Source: an uncultured delta proteobacterium (GTDB lineage Bacteria > Myxococcota_A > Polyangia > Fen-1088). Taken from it: a stretch of DNA of 64,000 nucleotides. The position numbers and the translations under genes were made by a program. Positions within the stretch are counted from its first letter, which is position 1, and every line of letters begins with the position of its first letter. The DNA is taken from assembly GCA_963767925.1 (NCBI GenBank), contig CAVYGB010000002.1, positions 1,568,001-1,632,000 on the forward strand, given 5' to 3'. This document shows, in pieces, positions 1 to 10,524 of this stretch. The notes under the pieces were generated by a model. The model saw only the letters and a list, made by a program, of their open reading frames with translations, had not been told where the DNA came from and made no database searches.

Positions 1-330
1 ACGCGCTACGACCAGAATCCGGGACAACTGCCTCTGGGAACCGCGTCGCTATCCGGTACGGAACAGGCGGTGGAGCAAGCGGCGGCGGCGCTGCAGGAGA
101 AGCGGCGAGCCCTCAAGGAACGCCTCGGCGAACTCTACCGTGAGAAAGAGGAGATCCTCGGAGCTGACCGGGCCCGTCGGGGGCCGTGGCGCTGGTGGTG
201 CCCTCCTGGTGATGGGTTTGTCGTCAACGTGCGCCCGGGGCGAAAACAGCCGCCTGCGCGGTTTGATCGTGCCGCCCTGAAGCTGATCCATGTGTGCAGT
301 GCGAGAAAATCGCGACGGCGGTCGCCGTAG
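1..330 (+). CDS. hypothetical protein, 5' partial
   Basis: Frame 1 is open from the window edge to the stop at 330; coiled-coil-like stretch EQAAAALQEKRRALKERLGELY; no family recognised. Confidence 0.35.
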   Translation, partial: TRYDQNPGQLPLGTASLSGTEQAVEQAAAALQEKRRALKERLGELYREKEEILGADRARRGPWRWWCPPGDGFVVNVRPGRKQPPARFDRAALKLIHVCSARKSRRRSP

Positions 331-702
331 TGACACCGCAGGCAGACGTGGAAAGGGCGCCTGCAAATCGCCGGACCCGCGATCAACCAGACCATCAATC
401 GAGCTGTCGATCCGCTCGCGGGGAGCGGATTGGAAGGCAGGCTCAGGGCATCCATCGGTCGGACAGGGGCCAGGTCGCTAGAGCTCCGGTCCCGAAACCC
501 TCTCCCTCACGCGGCTCGGACGTCGACCGCTCACATCATTGCGACTCTCCTCCCGATCCCACCTCGTACGTTAGATCGCGGCGGATTCTAGGCTTCGGCT
601 GACGCCACCCCCTCCCGCCGTCCTCCCACTCGGGTTCATGGGGCAGGGCCTATCCGCTTGGCCGCCTTGCCAGCCGGAGTCAGCCCGGAGCGGCGCGCGG
701 GC

Positions 703-2115
703 TCAGGCTTCGATGGGGGCGCAGCCGGTGTTGGTCAGCGCGTTGTTGAGGCCGTACGAGGGGCGCTCGATCCCCATGGCCCGCAACATGGTCAGCAGGA
801 CCTGGTTGGGGTTCTGCTGCGGCCCCCGGAAGTGGATGCCGGGGAACTTCAGCTTGCCGCCGGCGCTGCCCGCCACGACGATGGGGTAGTCGCGGTTCGA
901 GTGGCTCTTGCCCTCGGCGCAGTCGCTGCTGGCGAGGATGGCGCAGCTATCGAGCAGGTTGCCGGGGCCCTCCGGGCTGGCCTTCAGCTTCTGCAGCAGC
1001 AGGCTGAACATCTTCATGGTGAAGACGGTGGTGGCGTGGATCTGCGGCTGATCCCCCGCCTCGTCGTGGCTGAGCTGGTGGTGCCCGCGCATCACGTTCA
1101 CCTGCCAGAACACCGTGGTGGCGGTGCTGCCCGAGAACATGATGGAGAACACCCGGGTCTGGTCGCAGGCCAGGGCCAGCGCGATGAGGTCGCTCATCGC
1201 GCCCATGATCGGCTCGAGCTGCTCGCCCGCGGGGGTGTCGGGGAAGGCGGCGGGCGCCATCGGGGCGGCGCAGCCGGCCACTCCGGCGACGGGGTTGAGG
1301 CCGCCGGTGGCGCCGTCGGGCGTGCCCTGCAGGCGGCGCTCGATGGCCCGGATGTTCTCCAGGTGCTGGTCGAGGCGGGTGCGGTCACCGGTGCTGACCC
1401 GCGGCTTGAGGCCGGCGATGTCGCGCGAGACGGCGTCGAGGATGCTCCGCCGCAGGGCGGTTGCCTTCTCCAGCGCGCCGGGGCCGCCGCCGGCGGCAGG
1501 ACCCCCGGTGGGGGGCTTGAAGTCGCCGCCGAACAGCCGGTTGAACACCGCGCCCGGATCGTAGATCGGCGGGTTGGCGCTGTCCGGGCCGTTGTGCGAG
1601 ATGAACTGCAAGGTGGTCCCCTCGCGCGTGTTCACCCGGCGAGAGATCCCCACCTCCAGCGAGCGGAAGCGGGTGCCCTTGCCCAGCTCGGCCGCCGCCA
1701 CCTGGTCGATGCTTGGCGCGCTGAAGGTCGAGCGGAAGGCGGCGCCCCCCTTGGGCTGCGAGACCAGCGGATAGCCCGACAGGATGCCGACCTCGCCGGT
1801 GTGGTGCCCCTGCGAGGCGGGGATCTTGATGTCCATCCCCGAGACGAGGTTGATGTAGTCCTTGACCGGGGCCAGCGGCTCGAGCGCCGGCGACAGCGCC
1901 CAGCCGGGACCCTGGACGGCGGGGTTCCAGGACTTCAGGCGCACGCCGTTGCCCCAGAAGAACACCCCCAGCCGGCGGGGCAGGGGGGCGCCCTGGGCGA
2001 AGGCGGTTCCGTTTCCGTTGAGCATCACCTCCAGGGTGGGCAGCCCGACCGACACCGCGGTCCCGCCCAGCAACCCCCGGAGCAACGTCCTGCGTTTGAT
2101 GGCGTATTTCGACAT
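703..2115 (-). CDS. DUF1552 domain protein (Tat-like leader)
   Basis: KRRTLLRG leader, SIDQ motif, LDQHLENIRAIERRL, ALACDQTRV, HHQLSH; directly downstream of a DUF1592 gene; GGAG upstream of ATG 2115. Confidence 0.9.
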   Translation of the reverse strand: MSKYAIKRRTLLRGLLGGTAVSVGLPTLEVMLNGNGTAFAQGAPLPRRLGVFFWGNGVRLKSWNPAVQGPGWALSPALEPLAPVKDYINLVSGMDIKIPASQGHHTGEVGILSGYPLVSQPKGGAAFRSTFSAPSIDQVAAAELGKGTRFRSLEVGISRRVNTREGTTLQFISHNGPDSANPPIYDPGAVFNRLFGGDFKPPTGGPAAGGGPGALEKATALRRSILDAVSRDIAGLKPRVSTGDRTRLDQHLENIRAIERRLQGTPDGATGGLNPVAGVAGCAAPMAPAAFPDTPAGEQLEPIMGAMSDLIALALACDQTRVFSIMFSGSTATTVFWQVNVMRGHHQLSHDEAGDQPQIHATTVFTMKMFSLLLQKLKASPEGPGNLLDSCAILASSDCAEGKSHSNRDYPIVVAGSAGGKLKFPGIHFRGPQQNPNQVLLTMLRAMGIERPSYGLNNALTNTGCAPIEA

Positions 2116-2126
2116 GGGCAACTCCG

Positions 2127-3797
2127 TTACGGCAGGTCGGCGGCCAGACGAAACCCGTCCGATTCGATGATCCCGAGCAGGGCGGCCCGGAACCGGTTGC
2201 CGGTCATGCCGGCGGTGATCCGCTTGATGAGCACCTCTTCCCCCGCGGTCTCCAGGTGGCCGAGGGCGTAGCGGTACAGGCCCCGCACCAGGCAGGTCTC
2301 GACGTCGGGGTGGCTGCGCAGCAAGGCGGCCAGCTCGCGCGGGCCGGCGAAGGCCTGGCCGTCGAGGTCGCCGCTGGCGTCGATCGCCTGGCCGGCGTCG
2401 CGGGCCCGGAAGGTGCCGAGGGCGTCGAAGTTCTCGAAGGCCAGCCCGATGGGATCCATGCGGGCGTGGCAGGCGGTGCAGGCGGGGGCGTTGTGGCCGG
2501 CGAGCCGCTCGCGCATGGTGCGGGGGCCGGCGCCCGGCCGCTCCTCGGGCAAGCTGGCGTCGACGTCGGGCGGGGGCGCGGGGATCTCGTGGCAGAGGAG
2601 CACCTCGCGCATGAACTTGCCCCGGCGGGTGGGCGAGGTGGTGGCCTCGTGGGCGTTGGTGGCGAGGAAGGAGGCGTGCCCCAGCAGGCCGAGGCGCAGG
2701 CCGTCGGCGGGCAGGTCGGCGCGCGCGAAGCCGTCGCCCGGCGCGGGCAGGCCGTAGAGCTGCCCCAGCTCCCGGTTGACGAAGGTGAAGGGGGCGTCGA
2801 ACACCCGGCGGTAGTCGCCGTCGGGGGCGAGCGCGATCTCCTCCAGCAGGCGCAGGGTCTCCTCGCGCATGGCGGGGCCGATGGTGCGGGTCGCCCGGGG
2901 GAAGTTGGCGGGGCTCTGCTCGAGGTCGTCGAGCCCATCGAGGCGCATCAGCTCGTAAAAGAAGCTGCGCACCACCTCGCGGCCGCGCGGCGAGGCCAGC
3001 AGGCGGTCGGCCTCCTGGCGCAGCCCGCCCGCCTTGCCGAGGGCGCCGCTGCGGGCGGCGTCGAGGAGGGCGTCGTCGGGGGTGCTGTTCCAGAGGAAGA
3101 ACGACAGGCGCGAGGCGAGCTCCCAGCCGTCGAACACCCGCTGCCCGGCCACCACCCCGGGGCGGCCGATCTCGACCCGGTAGAGGAAGTGGGGCGACTG
3201 CAGCAGGCCGGCGGCGGCGTAGCCGAGCCCCTGCCAGAAGTCGCCGAGCATCGAGCCCCCCTGGGTGGCGATGGCGGTGTAGCGGGCGATCTCCTCGCCA
3301 TCGAGCGGCCGGCGCCAGGCGCGCTGGCCGAAGGCGGTGACGAAGCTGCGGGCGCAGGCCTCGTCGACCGGGCCGGCGGGGGTGCAGGTGACCAGGCGGG
3401 CCCGGCGGGCGGGGTCGGCGAAGGCCTGGGTGGCGATGCTGCTGGCCGCGCTCTCGAACTTCTCGGCGGCGGTGGCCGACACGGTGGTCAGCGACGAGCC
3501 GATCGAGGCGAAGCCGCTCAGCACGGTGTCGGGCTCGAAGTCGCCGGGGACGGTCACGTCGGCTCCGAGGAGATCCCGGATGGCGTTGGCGTACTGGACC
3601 CGGGTCAGCCGGCGCAACGTCGCCGGCGCCGGGGCGAACCCGGCCACCGGCGGCCCCTGATTTCCCGCGCCCGACCCACCCGGATTACCGGCCCCGGCCC
3701 CCGCCCCACCCGGACCGCCCGCGGGCGCCTCGAGGATGGAGCCGGAGCATCCGGAGCCCAGCAGGAGGGCGACGGCGAGCGCCCGCGTCTTCGACAT
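2127..3797 (-). CDS. DUF1592/DUF1588/DUF1595-type lipoprotein with CxxCH motif
   Basis: Lipobox LLLGSGC; LRRLTRVQYANAIRDLLG, LLQSPHFLYRVE, ELASRLSFFLW, TSPTRRG, CTACH, FENFDALG; GGAGG RBS before ATG 3797. Confidence 0.9.
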   Translation of the reverse strand: MSKTRALAVALLLGSGCSGSILEAPAGGPGGAGAGAGNPGGSGAGNQGPPVAGFAPAPATLRRLTRVQYANAIRDLLGADVTVPGDFEPDTVLSGFASIGSSLTTVSATAAEKFESAASSIATQAFADPARRARLVTCTPAGPVDEACARSFVTAFGQRAWRRPLDGEEIARYTAIATQGGSMLGDFWQGLGYAAAGLLQSPHFLYRVEIGRPGVVAGQRVFDGWELASRLSFFLWNSTPDDALLDAARSGALGKAGGLRQEADRLLASPRGREVVRSFFYELMRLDGLDDLEQSPANFPRATRTIGPAMREETLRLLEEIALAPDGDYRRVFDAPFTFVNRELGQLYGLPAPGDGFARADLPADGLRLGLLGHASFLATNAHEATTSPTRRGKFMREVLLCHEIPAPPPDVDASLPEERPGAGPRTMRERLAGHNAPACTACHARMDPIGLAFENFDALGTFRARDAGQAIDASGDLDGQAFAGPRELAALLRSHPDVETCLVRGLYRYALGHLETAGEEVLIKRITAGMTGNRFRAALLGIIESDGFRLAADLP

Positions 3798-4046
3798 GGC
3801 TGAAACCTCCGAGCCAGAGTGAACGAGGCCGCGACCCGAGAAACGTTCTCTCCTCGTGTATATCCAACTCCCCCACCCCCCGCGGTAAAAACTGCGCGAT
3901 CCCGCGAACCCCCGGGAAGAACGCCGAACCCCGCGATTTTCCCTAGCTTCCTCCGCGGTTTCCACAGCCGTCTCCGGCCCTGCCCCCCGTGACGACCACC
4001 CCCACCCTTCACGCACCCCCAACGCCCCGCCCCCTCCCCCCGCATC

Positions 4047-4093
4047 CCCCGTCCCCGTATGCGTCCCGTCCCCGTCCCCGTCCCCGTCCCCGC
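4047..4093. repeat. imperfect (CCCCGT)n hexamer tract
   Basis: About 8 hexamer-periodic units in a C-rich divergent intergenic region. Confidence 0.75.
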
Positions 4094-4112
4094 TCCCCCC
4101 AGCGCGAGCGAC

Positions 4113-4152
4113 CAACTAACGAATTAGTTGTAAACAACTAAGAAATTAGTTA
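4113..4152. promoter_or_regulatory. tandem pair of palindromic operator-like sites
   Basis: CAACTAA-CGAA-TTAGTTG (4113-4130) and CAACTAA-GAAA-TTAGTTA (4135-4152), 22 bp period, AT-rich island ending 10 bp before ATG 4163. Confidence 0.7.
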
Positions 4153-4162
4153 CCACCAACCC

Positions 4163-5618
4163 ATGCGGGCCCTCCTCCGCGATCTCTCCCTCGCCCTCCG
4201 CGCCCACCGCCGCGCACCCGGCGCCGCGCTCCTCGCCACCTTCACCCTCGCCCTCGGCCTCGCGCTGGTCACGGTGCAATACACCCCCGTCCACCACCTG
4301 CTCCTGCAACCCCTCCCGATCGACCCGGCCGGACGGATGGCCAGCGTGCGCTGGCGGGGCCCAGCCCCCCACAGCCGGGCGGCGCGGCCGCGCGATCCGG
4401 ATCTGCAAGCGCTCACCCGCGCCCAGCACGCATTTTCGACCGTGACCGGCTCCGGCAGCGAGGCCATCGGCCACTCGCTGCGGCTGGGCGACGGGCGCTG
4501 GATCCAGGCGGTCGGGCTGGCGGTGCTCCCCGGCTTCCTCGAGGCGACCGGCATCGCCGTCGCCCGCGGGCGGCTGCTGGGGCTGGCCGATCACGCGCCG
4601 GGCGCGCCGCCGGTGCTGGTCGCCTCGCACGCCTTGTGGCTGCGGCTGGGCGCTGACCCGGCGCTGCTCGGCCAGAGCATCTACTTCGACCGGCAAGCGC
4701 GCACCATCGTGGGCGTGGCCGGGCCCCACCCGGGGGTCGACGGCGAGGCCTTCTGGGCGCCGATGGCCCGGCCGGCCGCCGCCGCGCTCCGGGAGACCGC
4801 CGCGCCCCTGCACCTGCTGGCGCCGCTCCGCCCCGGGGTCACGCTGGCCCAGGCCAACCAGGACGTCGCCCGCCTGACCGCGCCAGGGGGCGAGCTGCCG
4901 CCCGAGCTGCTCGCCGAGCTCGGGGGGCTTGAGGTGGTATCGGCCCGGGAGGGCCTGGTGCGGGGCGAGGTGGTGGCGTTTTACCGGCTGCTGCTCGCGG
5001 TGAGCCTGCTGGTCTTGCTATGCGCCTGCGCGAACGTGACCAACCTGCTGCTGGCCCGGGCGGCAGGGCGGGCGCACGCCCTGGCGGTGCGGGTCGCGCT
5101 CGGCGCCTCGCGCGCGGCGCTGGTCCGCCAGCTCCTCGCCGAGGCGATCCCGCTGGGCCTGGCCGCCGCGGCGCTGGGCCTGGCGCTGGCCTGGGGGCTG
5201 ACCGACCTGGCGGCGGCCCAGGCCGCGCTCACCCCGCTGCCGGCGTGGGTCTCCTTCCGGCTCGACGGGCGCGTCGCTTTGGTCGTCACGGGGCTCTCGC
5301 TCGCCACCACCGCGCTGGCCGCGCTGTTGCCCGCCCTGCGCGCCTCGCGGCTCGACCCGCGCGCGGCGCTCCAGGACGGGGCCCGGACGGCGTCGGGCCT
5401 GGGACCGGGGCGGGCCAGCGCGGTCCTCCTGGTCGGGCAGGTGGCGGTGTCGACGGCCGTGCTCCTGGTGGCGCTGTCCGCCGGGCTGACCGCGCGCGAG
5501 CGCGCCGCCCGCCTTCGCCCTCGTCGCCACCACCCTCCTGCTGATCGGCGTCCTCGCCACCGCCATCCCCGCCTGGCGCGCCACCCACCTCCCTCCCACC
5601 GTGGCCCTGCGCCGCTGA
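4163..5618 (+). pseudogene. MacB/FtsX-type (ADOP-like) ABC permease with internal deletion
   Basis: First half intact (LLCACANVTNLLLARA, AVRVALGASR, PALRASRLDP). Near 5505 it jumps out of frame to the family C-terminus AFALVATTLLLIGVLATAIPAWRATHLPPTVALRR* (stop 5618); most of the second repeat is missing. Confidence 0.7.
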
Positions 5619-5670
5619 TTCCTCTCAGGCGAAGCCGACCCATGTTGTGGCGCCGGCAACCGCGCTGCCC

Positions 5671-5715
5671 GTTCGCCGTCGCCCCGCGGCAGCGGGGAGA
5701 AGGAGGGGTGAGGGG
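5671..5715 (-). repeat. BoxC/REP-like palindromic element, single copy
   Basis: GTTCGCCGTCGCCCCGCGGCAGCGGGGAGAAGGAGGGGTGAGGGG, a near reverse complement of the copies at 18973, 35667 and 50934. Confidence 0.85.
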
Positions 5716-5780
5716 TCTGCGCGGCAAACCTTCGGTGATCTAGTGCCTTATTCAAGTGGGCGCCCGCGCGGGCCTGTCGT

Positions 5781-7004
5781 TCACCTCGGCTCGGCGCGTT
5801 CGGCGGGGCGGAGGCCGTCGAGGATTGCGTCGGCGTACTCACGCACCCGCCGGGGGTAGTGGCGGCCGTCGAGCTCGACCTCGCTGCCCTGCAACCTCCG
5901 ATACTCGGCGCTCTGATTCACGCATGGGCCTTCCAGCAACAGCACCAGCCCGGGCGTGCGGCGCAGGATCGCGAGGTCGCGGGCGTAGACCCCGCGCGCG
6001 GGATCGACCGCCCGCCAGAACGCCCCGGTCTCCGCGTCGTGCTCGGGCGCCAGGACCGGCAGGTCCAGCCGGCGGGAGAGGGAGGCGCCGAAGCGGCTCG
6101 CCAGCGTGCGGGCCTCCGCCAGCGTGCCGTCGAGGACGCGGCGGAACGCCCAGAACCGCTGTGACGGCGAGGCCAGGTCGCCGCCGCTGGCGTTGCCGGG
6201 CATGAAGACGAGGACGCCGTTGTCGTCGGCCTCGGTGTAATCGTAGTGGATCGACAGCGTCAGGTCGGGGGCGAACGCCGCCGCCGCGGCCGCCCGCCGC
6301 CGCAGGTCGTGGCGGACGTACAGCTCGAAGGGGGTCTCCCGCAGCAGCCGCCGCCGGGCCCACCAGAGCCGCAGCGCCCGCCACACCGTCAGCCAGGCCC
6401 CGGTCTCGGGGTGCTGCTCGGCCAGCCGGTAGCTGGCCTCCCGGACCGGATCGAAGGCCGGATCGGCCTGCCCGGGATAGGCGCCTTCGGGCGGCGGACC
6501 CCGCAGCAGCCGCGTCTCCGCGCCCGCGGCCCGCAGGTCGCGCTCGACCAGCCGGGCGGTGGCCCAGGCCAGATCCCCCTCGCGCACCGGCACCCCGCCC
6601 GCCCGGGCCACGTGCCGCTTCTCGAGCCGGGACCAGGCCCCCCCGAAGTGTCCCGGATCGAGGGCGATCCGCCGGAGCGGCCGCAGCGGCGCGGGCCCCG
6701 CGGCCCCCTCCGCGCGCAGGGGAATCACCACCGCCGGCCGGCGCTCGCCAGCCTGGCGGCGCACCTCGAAGCCGCCAGCGCCGAAGGTGAAATAGGGCCG
6801 CAGCCGCCCCTCGGGATCGACGAGGCCGAGGTCGGCCTCGATCTCGGCCCGCGTCCGCGTCCCGGCGAATCCCTCCAGCTCCCGGTACCGCTCGCCCGCC
6901 ACCTCGTCGCCCCGCGGATCGCACCCGCCCGGCAGCGGCAGAAAGGGGAGGGCGGCAACGGCCGCGCCGAGCGCCAGCCAGGCAAGCCGAGATCGACGGC
7001 GCAT
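5781..7004 (-). CDS. N-acetylmuramoyl-L-alanine amidase (Amidase_3 family)
   Basis: IALDPGHFGG, conserved E in EGDL, LSIHYD, LAILR..VLLLEG zinc-amidase motifs; N-terminal hydrophobic anchor. Confidence 0.75.
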   Translation of the reverse strand: MRRRSRLAWLALGAAVAALPFLPLPGGCDPRGDEVAGERYRELEGFAGTRTRAEIEADLGLVDPEGRLRPYFTFGAGGFEVRRQAGERRPAVVIPLRAEGAAGPAPLRPLRRIALDPGHFGGAWSRLEKRHVARAGGVPVREGDLAWATARLVERDLRAAGAETRLLRGPPPEGAYPGQADPAFDPVREASYRLAEQHPETGAWLTVWRALRLWWARRRLLRETPFELYVRHDLRRRAAAAAAFAPDLTLSIHYDYTEADDNGVLVFMPGNASGGDLASPSQRFWAFRRVLDGTLAEARTLASRFGASLSRRLDLPVLAPEHDAETGAFWRAVDPARGVYARDLAILRRTPGLVLLLEGPCVNQSAEYRRLQGSEVELDGRHYPRRVREYADAILDGLRPAERAEPR

Positions 7005-7131
7005 GCAGCGCCCACCGATACCCCCTCCCGACCCCCCAGGCGAGATCAAAAGGGCCGATCGGGCGGGCGCCCGCCGCCCCCGGAGACTCAGGGTCAGAAG
7101 CCGACGGCGCCCGCTGCCGCCCCCCGGTGAC

Positions 7132-8845
7132 TCACGGGCAGAAGACGATGGCGTAGTCCTCGCCCTTGCACACGAAGGTGCTGGTGGGGTCGTCGTAGGC
7201 GTAGGAGTAGGCGCTGGGGCAGGCGACCTTGAAGAAGCGGGCGTAGTCGGTGGGAGGGCAGGTGGTCTCGGTGCCGAAGGCGTTCCGGCAGCAGAAGGCG
7301 TCCGTTTCGAAGGCGGTGCAGGCGCTCATGCAGCCCACCACCTTGCCGGCCGAATTGTTGAAGCGAATCTGGGCCGGGCAGATGGCGTTGAAGTCCTTGC
7401 GGCAGGTGGGGGCGCCGCAGTCGTACTGGTCCTGGCGCGCGCCCCGGGTGAAGGTGCCGGCCATCGGCACGATGGCCATCGGCAGGTTGAAGCCGTCGAC
7501 GAGGCTCACGTCGTAGGTGTCGTTGCCCGCGCCGTCGCCGAGGGTGAACTCGGCCAGGGTGACGGGCGGCTTGCCGGTCGAGCCGGGGCATCTCTCGACC
7601 GACCCGCAGGTGCCGCTCTCGCACGACCCGACCCCCGCGGCGTCGAAGCGGCAGCCGGTGCGGCCCCAGAAGCGCCCGGTCCAGCGCCCGCCCGGGACCA
7701 GCTCGGTCCGGCGCTGGCCGGCGTCGAGCCGGAAGCCGCCCCCGGCCGGGACCGGGTCGCCGTAGGCGGCTACCCAGACCGTCTCGGCGCAGCGGTTCTC
7801 GAACAGGAACTCCCGCACGCCGTTGCGCTGCCCGCCCGGCACGGTGGGCGGCGCCGGGTTCTCCGCCGCCGGCAACATCGGCGGCGGGACGTCGGGGCGG
7901 GGTGGCTGCGGGTAGCTCGGCGGGCCGCCGCTGCCCTCCCAGACCACGCCGTCGATGAAGAAGCGGGCCGGCTTGCTGGTGTCCTTCAGCGTCCAGGAGA
8001 AGGCCCCGAACACGTTGGTCCCGTAGCTGGCCCCCGCGAGCGAGATGGAATAGGGCTGCCAGGTCGGGGTGAGGGTGTGGGTCACCTCGGGCACCTGGAA
8101 CTGGTCCCGCCCCACGCCCGCGCCGAAGGTGACGGCGACCGGCTCGGGCGCGGCGGCGTAAAACGAGATGTGGGTCGCGCCGGGTGGCAAGGCCACTGCC
8201 GGCTCGTAGCCCCAGTTGGCCTCCCCCTTGTGGGGGGTGGGCGAGGCCTCGGGGTGGGGCAGCGCCAGCGTGGTCAGCAGGAAGTCGCCCACGTAGCCAC
8301 CCTCCGGGGGCAACATCCGCGCCGCCGGCGGCCGGAAGGAGAACTCCAGGCACTTGCCCCGCGCCCCGGGCGTACGCCCGCTGGTGCACAGGGCTGCCGT
8401 CGACGTGCCCGCCTCGGCGATCATCCCCGAGCCGGAGAACCGGCCGGTGATGTCGGCGTCGCCGAACCAGCCCCGGTTCTCATAGTTGTCGGTCACCACC
8501 ATGGGCAGGCCGACCGGCTTGCCGGGGGCGACGCGCGCGCCGGCCATCCGCTCCTCGGTGGGGGCGGCCGGCGGCACGACCACCGGCGGGGCGGTGCCCC
8601 CGTCGGCCACCCCGGCTGGCGGCGTGCCCGCAGATGGGCCGACCGGCGACGCCCCCGGCGATCCCCCCGGGCCCATGGTCATCGTCCCGGGCGAGCCGCC
8701 CGGCCCCGGCCCCGGCTCGTTGCCCCCGGATTCCGCCCAGCCCGACCGGGGGCGGGGGCGGGGCCTCCCGGTCCCCGGTGCGGTTGCAGCCAGCCAGGCA
8801 AACCCAGGACAGAGCGACGACGATCGAGCCCGCGCGCTTCTTCAT
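7132..8845 (-). CDS. thaumatin-like (PR-5/GH152) lipoprotein with N-terminal carbohydrate-binding-like domain; 1-nt frameshift near 8731
   Basis: GRFWGRTGC, PPVTLAEFTL, YDVSLVDGFNLPM, FKVACPSAYSYAYDDPTSTFVC, IVFCP; lipoprotein signal MKKR..CLAGC lies in the adjacent frame (ORF 8480..8845). Confidence 0.88.
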
Positions 8846-8917
8846 GCCCCCTTGGGGGCCGGACGCTGGCTCGAACTTCCCGGGCCCGCGCGCGTCAGCC
8901 CGCGCCCGGCGCGCGGT

Positions 8918-9694
8918 CTACTGGTTCACGCCGCTGGCCAGGAAGCCGCCGTCGACGACGATGACCTCGCCGGTCACGAAGCTGGCGGCCTCCGAGGCGA
9001 GGAACACCGCCGCGCCGGCCAGCTCCTCGACCTTGCCGAAGCGGCCCATGGGGGTGCGCAGCTTGAACTCCTGCCCCCGGGGCGTCTCGTCGAGCAGCTT
9101 CTGGTTGAGGGCGGTGCGGAACACGCCGGGGGCGATGGCGTTGACGTTGACCCCGTGTTTGGCCCACTCGATGGCCAGCGACTTGGTCAAGGAGGCCACC
9201 GCCGCCTTGCTGGCGGCGTAGGCCGCCACCTCGTAGAGGGCCACGAAGGTGGACAGCGAGGCGATGTTGATGATGCGGCCGTAGCGGCGCTCGATCATCG
9301 ACCGGGCGAACACCTGGCAGGCGCGCAGGGTGCCGAGCAGGTTCGTGTCGATGATGCCGGCGAACTCCTCCTCGCTGACGTCGAGGCTGGGGGTGCGCTT
9401 GGTGCGGCCGGCGCAGTTGATGAGGATGTCGACCTTGCCGAGGGACTTGATCACCTCGTCGTGCAGCTTCTGCAGCGAGGCCCGGCTGCTGACGTCGCAG
9501 GTCGCGCGCACCGTCTTGCGGCCGGCGGCCTCGATGGCCTTGGCGGTCGCCTCGACCTCGGCCTCGCGGCGGGCGCTCGCCACCACGTCCGCGCCCGAAT
9601 CGCACAGGCCGTCGACAAGGGCGCGGCCGATGCCGGTCGTCCCGCCGATGACCACCGCGACCTTCCCGGAGAGATCGAACGCTTTGAAAGGCAT
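8918..9694 (-). CDS. SDR oxidoreductase (KduD/gluconate 5-dehydrogenase-like)
   Basis: GGTTGIG Rossmann motif, NCAG, YAASK catalytic motif, NAIAPG, VDGG. Confidence 0.9.
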   Translation of the reverse strand: MPFKAFDLSGKVAVVIGGTTGIGRALVDGLCDSGADVVASARREAEVEATAKAIEAAGRKTVRATCDVSSRASLQKLHDEVIKSLGKVDILINCAGRTKRTPSLDVSEEEFAGIIDTNLLGTLRACQVFARSMIERRYGRIINIASLSTFVALYEVAAYAASKAAVASLTKSLAIEWAKHGVNVNAIAPGVFRTALNQKLLDETPRGQEFKLRTPMGRFGKVEELAGAAVFLASEAASFVTGEVIVVDGGFLASGVNQ

Positions 9695-9837
9695 GGGGTT
9701 TTCATCGGCGATGAGGCGCCTCCTGGCAAGCGAAAAGCCGGCCGTGGCCCGCGGCCGCGGCCAGCGCCATCCCGTGGCGCAGGGGGGCTGCGGCGTTCCG
9801 GTCTGCTGCGCGGCGTGCAACATGTTATAGGGGCTCG

Positions 9838-10524
9838 GTGGGCCCTGGCCGTACCCTCGTCCCCGCGACCCTCCTCCTGCTGGCCGCCGCCGCCTGCGCT
9901 CCCCTGCGCGAGCGCCCCCTCCCCGCGACCGGCAACGCCGGCGGGGGCGGGACGGGCGGCGGGGCCGGGATGGCGGGAGCGGGGGGCAGCGACCCGGGCG
10001 GCATCGGCGCCGCCGGCACCTCGGGCGCGAGTGGCACCGGCGGGATACCAGGCGCCGGGGGAGCCGGTCCGGCCCCGATCGACGCCAGCCCGCCCCCGCC
10101 TCCCGTCATGCTCCCCCCGCCGCCGCCCGGCTCGTTCGACTTCCGCCCCTACCTGGGCGACTGGACCTACCTCGACGGCACCCTCGACGTGAGCTGCCCC
10201 GGCCGGGCGCCCCTCGCCGACCTGCTGGCCGGCAAGGGCTTCGGCCTGCAGCGCTCGACCGACGGTTCGCTGCTCTTCATCGACGGCGGCTGCGGCTGGA
10301 AGCTCGACACCCGCAACCCCGACGCCGCCCGCTTCGGCCGCAACGACGTCTGCACCGACACGAACCCGGACGGCACCACCATCACCTTGATCGTGATCGC
10401 CGGGGAGGTCGTCCCCGCGGGCGACCGGCTGATCCTGAACCTCGAGGCGAACATCACCTCTGCGACGCTGCCCGCCGGCTGCATCCTCAAGGCGCTCGGC
10501 ACCGCCGCCCGCGACGCCTACTGA
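9838..10524 (+). CDS. hypothetical lipoprotein
   Basis: Lipobox AAAAC, Gly/Pro-rich linker, small Cys-containing globular domain; GC3-rich codons. Confidence 0.7.
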   Translation: MGPGRTLVPATLLLLAAAACAPLRERPLPATGNAGGGGTGGGAGMAGAGGSDPGGIGAAGTSGASGTGGIPGAGGAGPAPIDASPPPPPVMLPPPPPGSFDFRPYLGDWTYLDGTLDVSCPGRAPLADLLAGKGFGLQRSTDGSLLFIDGGCGWKLDTRNPDAARFGRNDVCTDTNPDGTTITLIVIAGEVVPAGDRLILNLEANITSATLPAGCILKALGTAARDAY

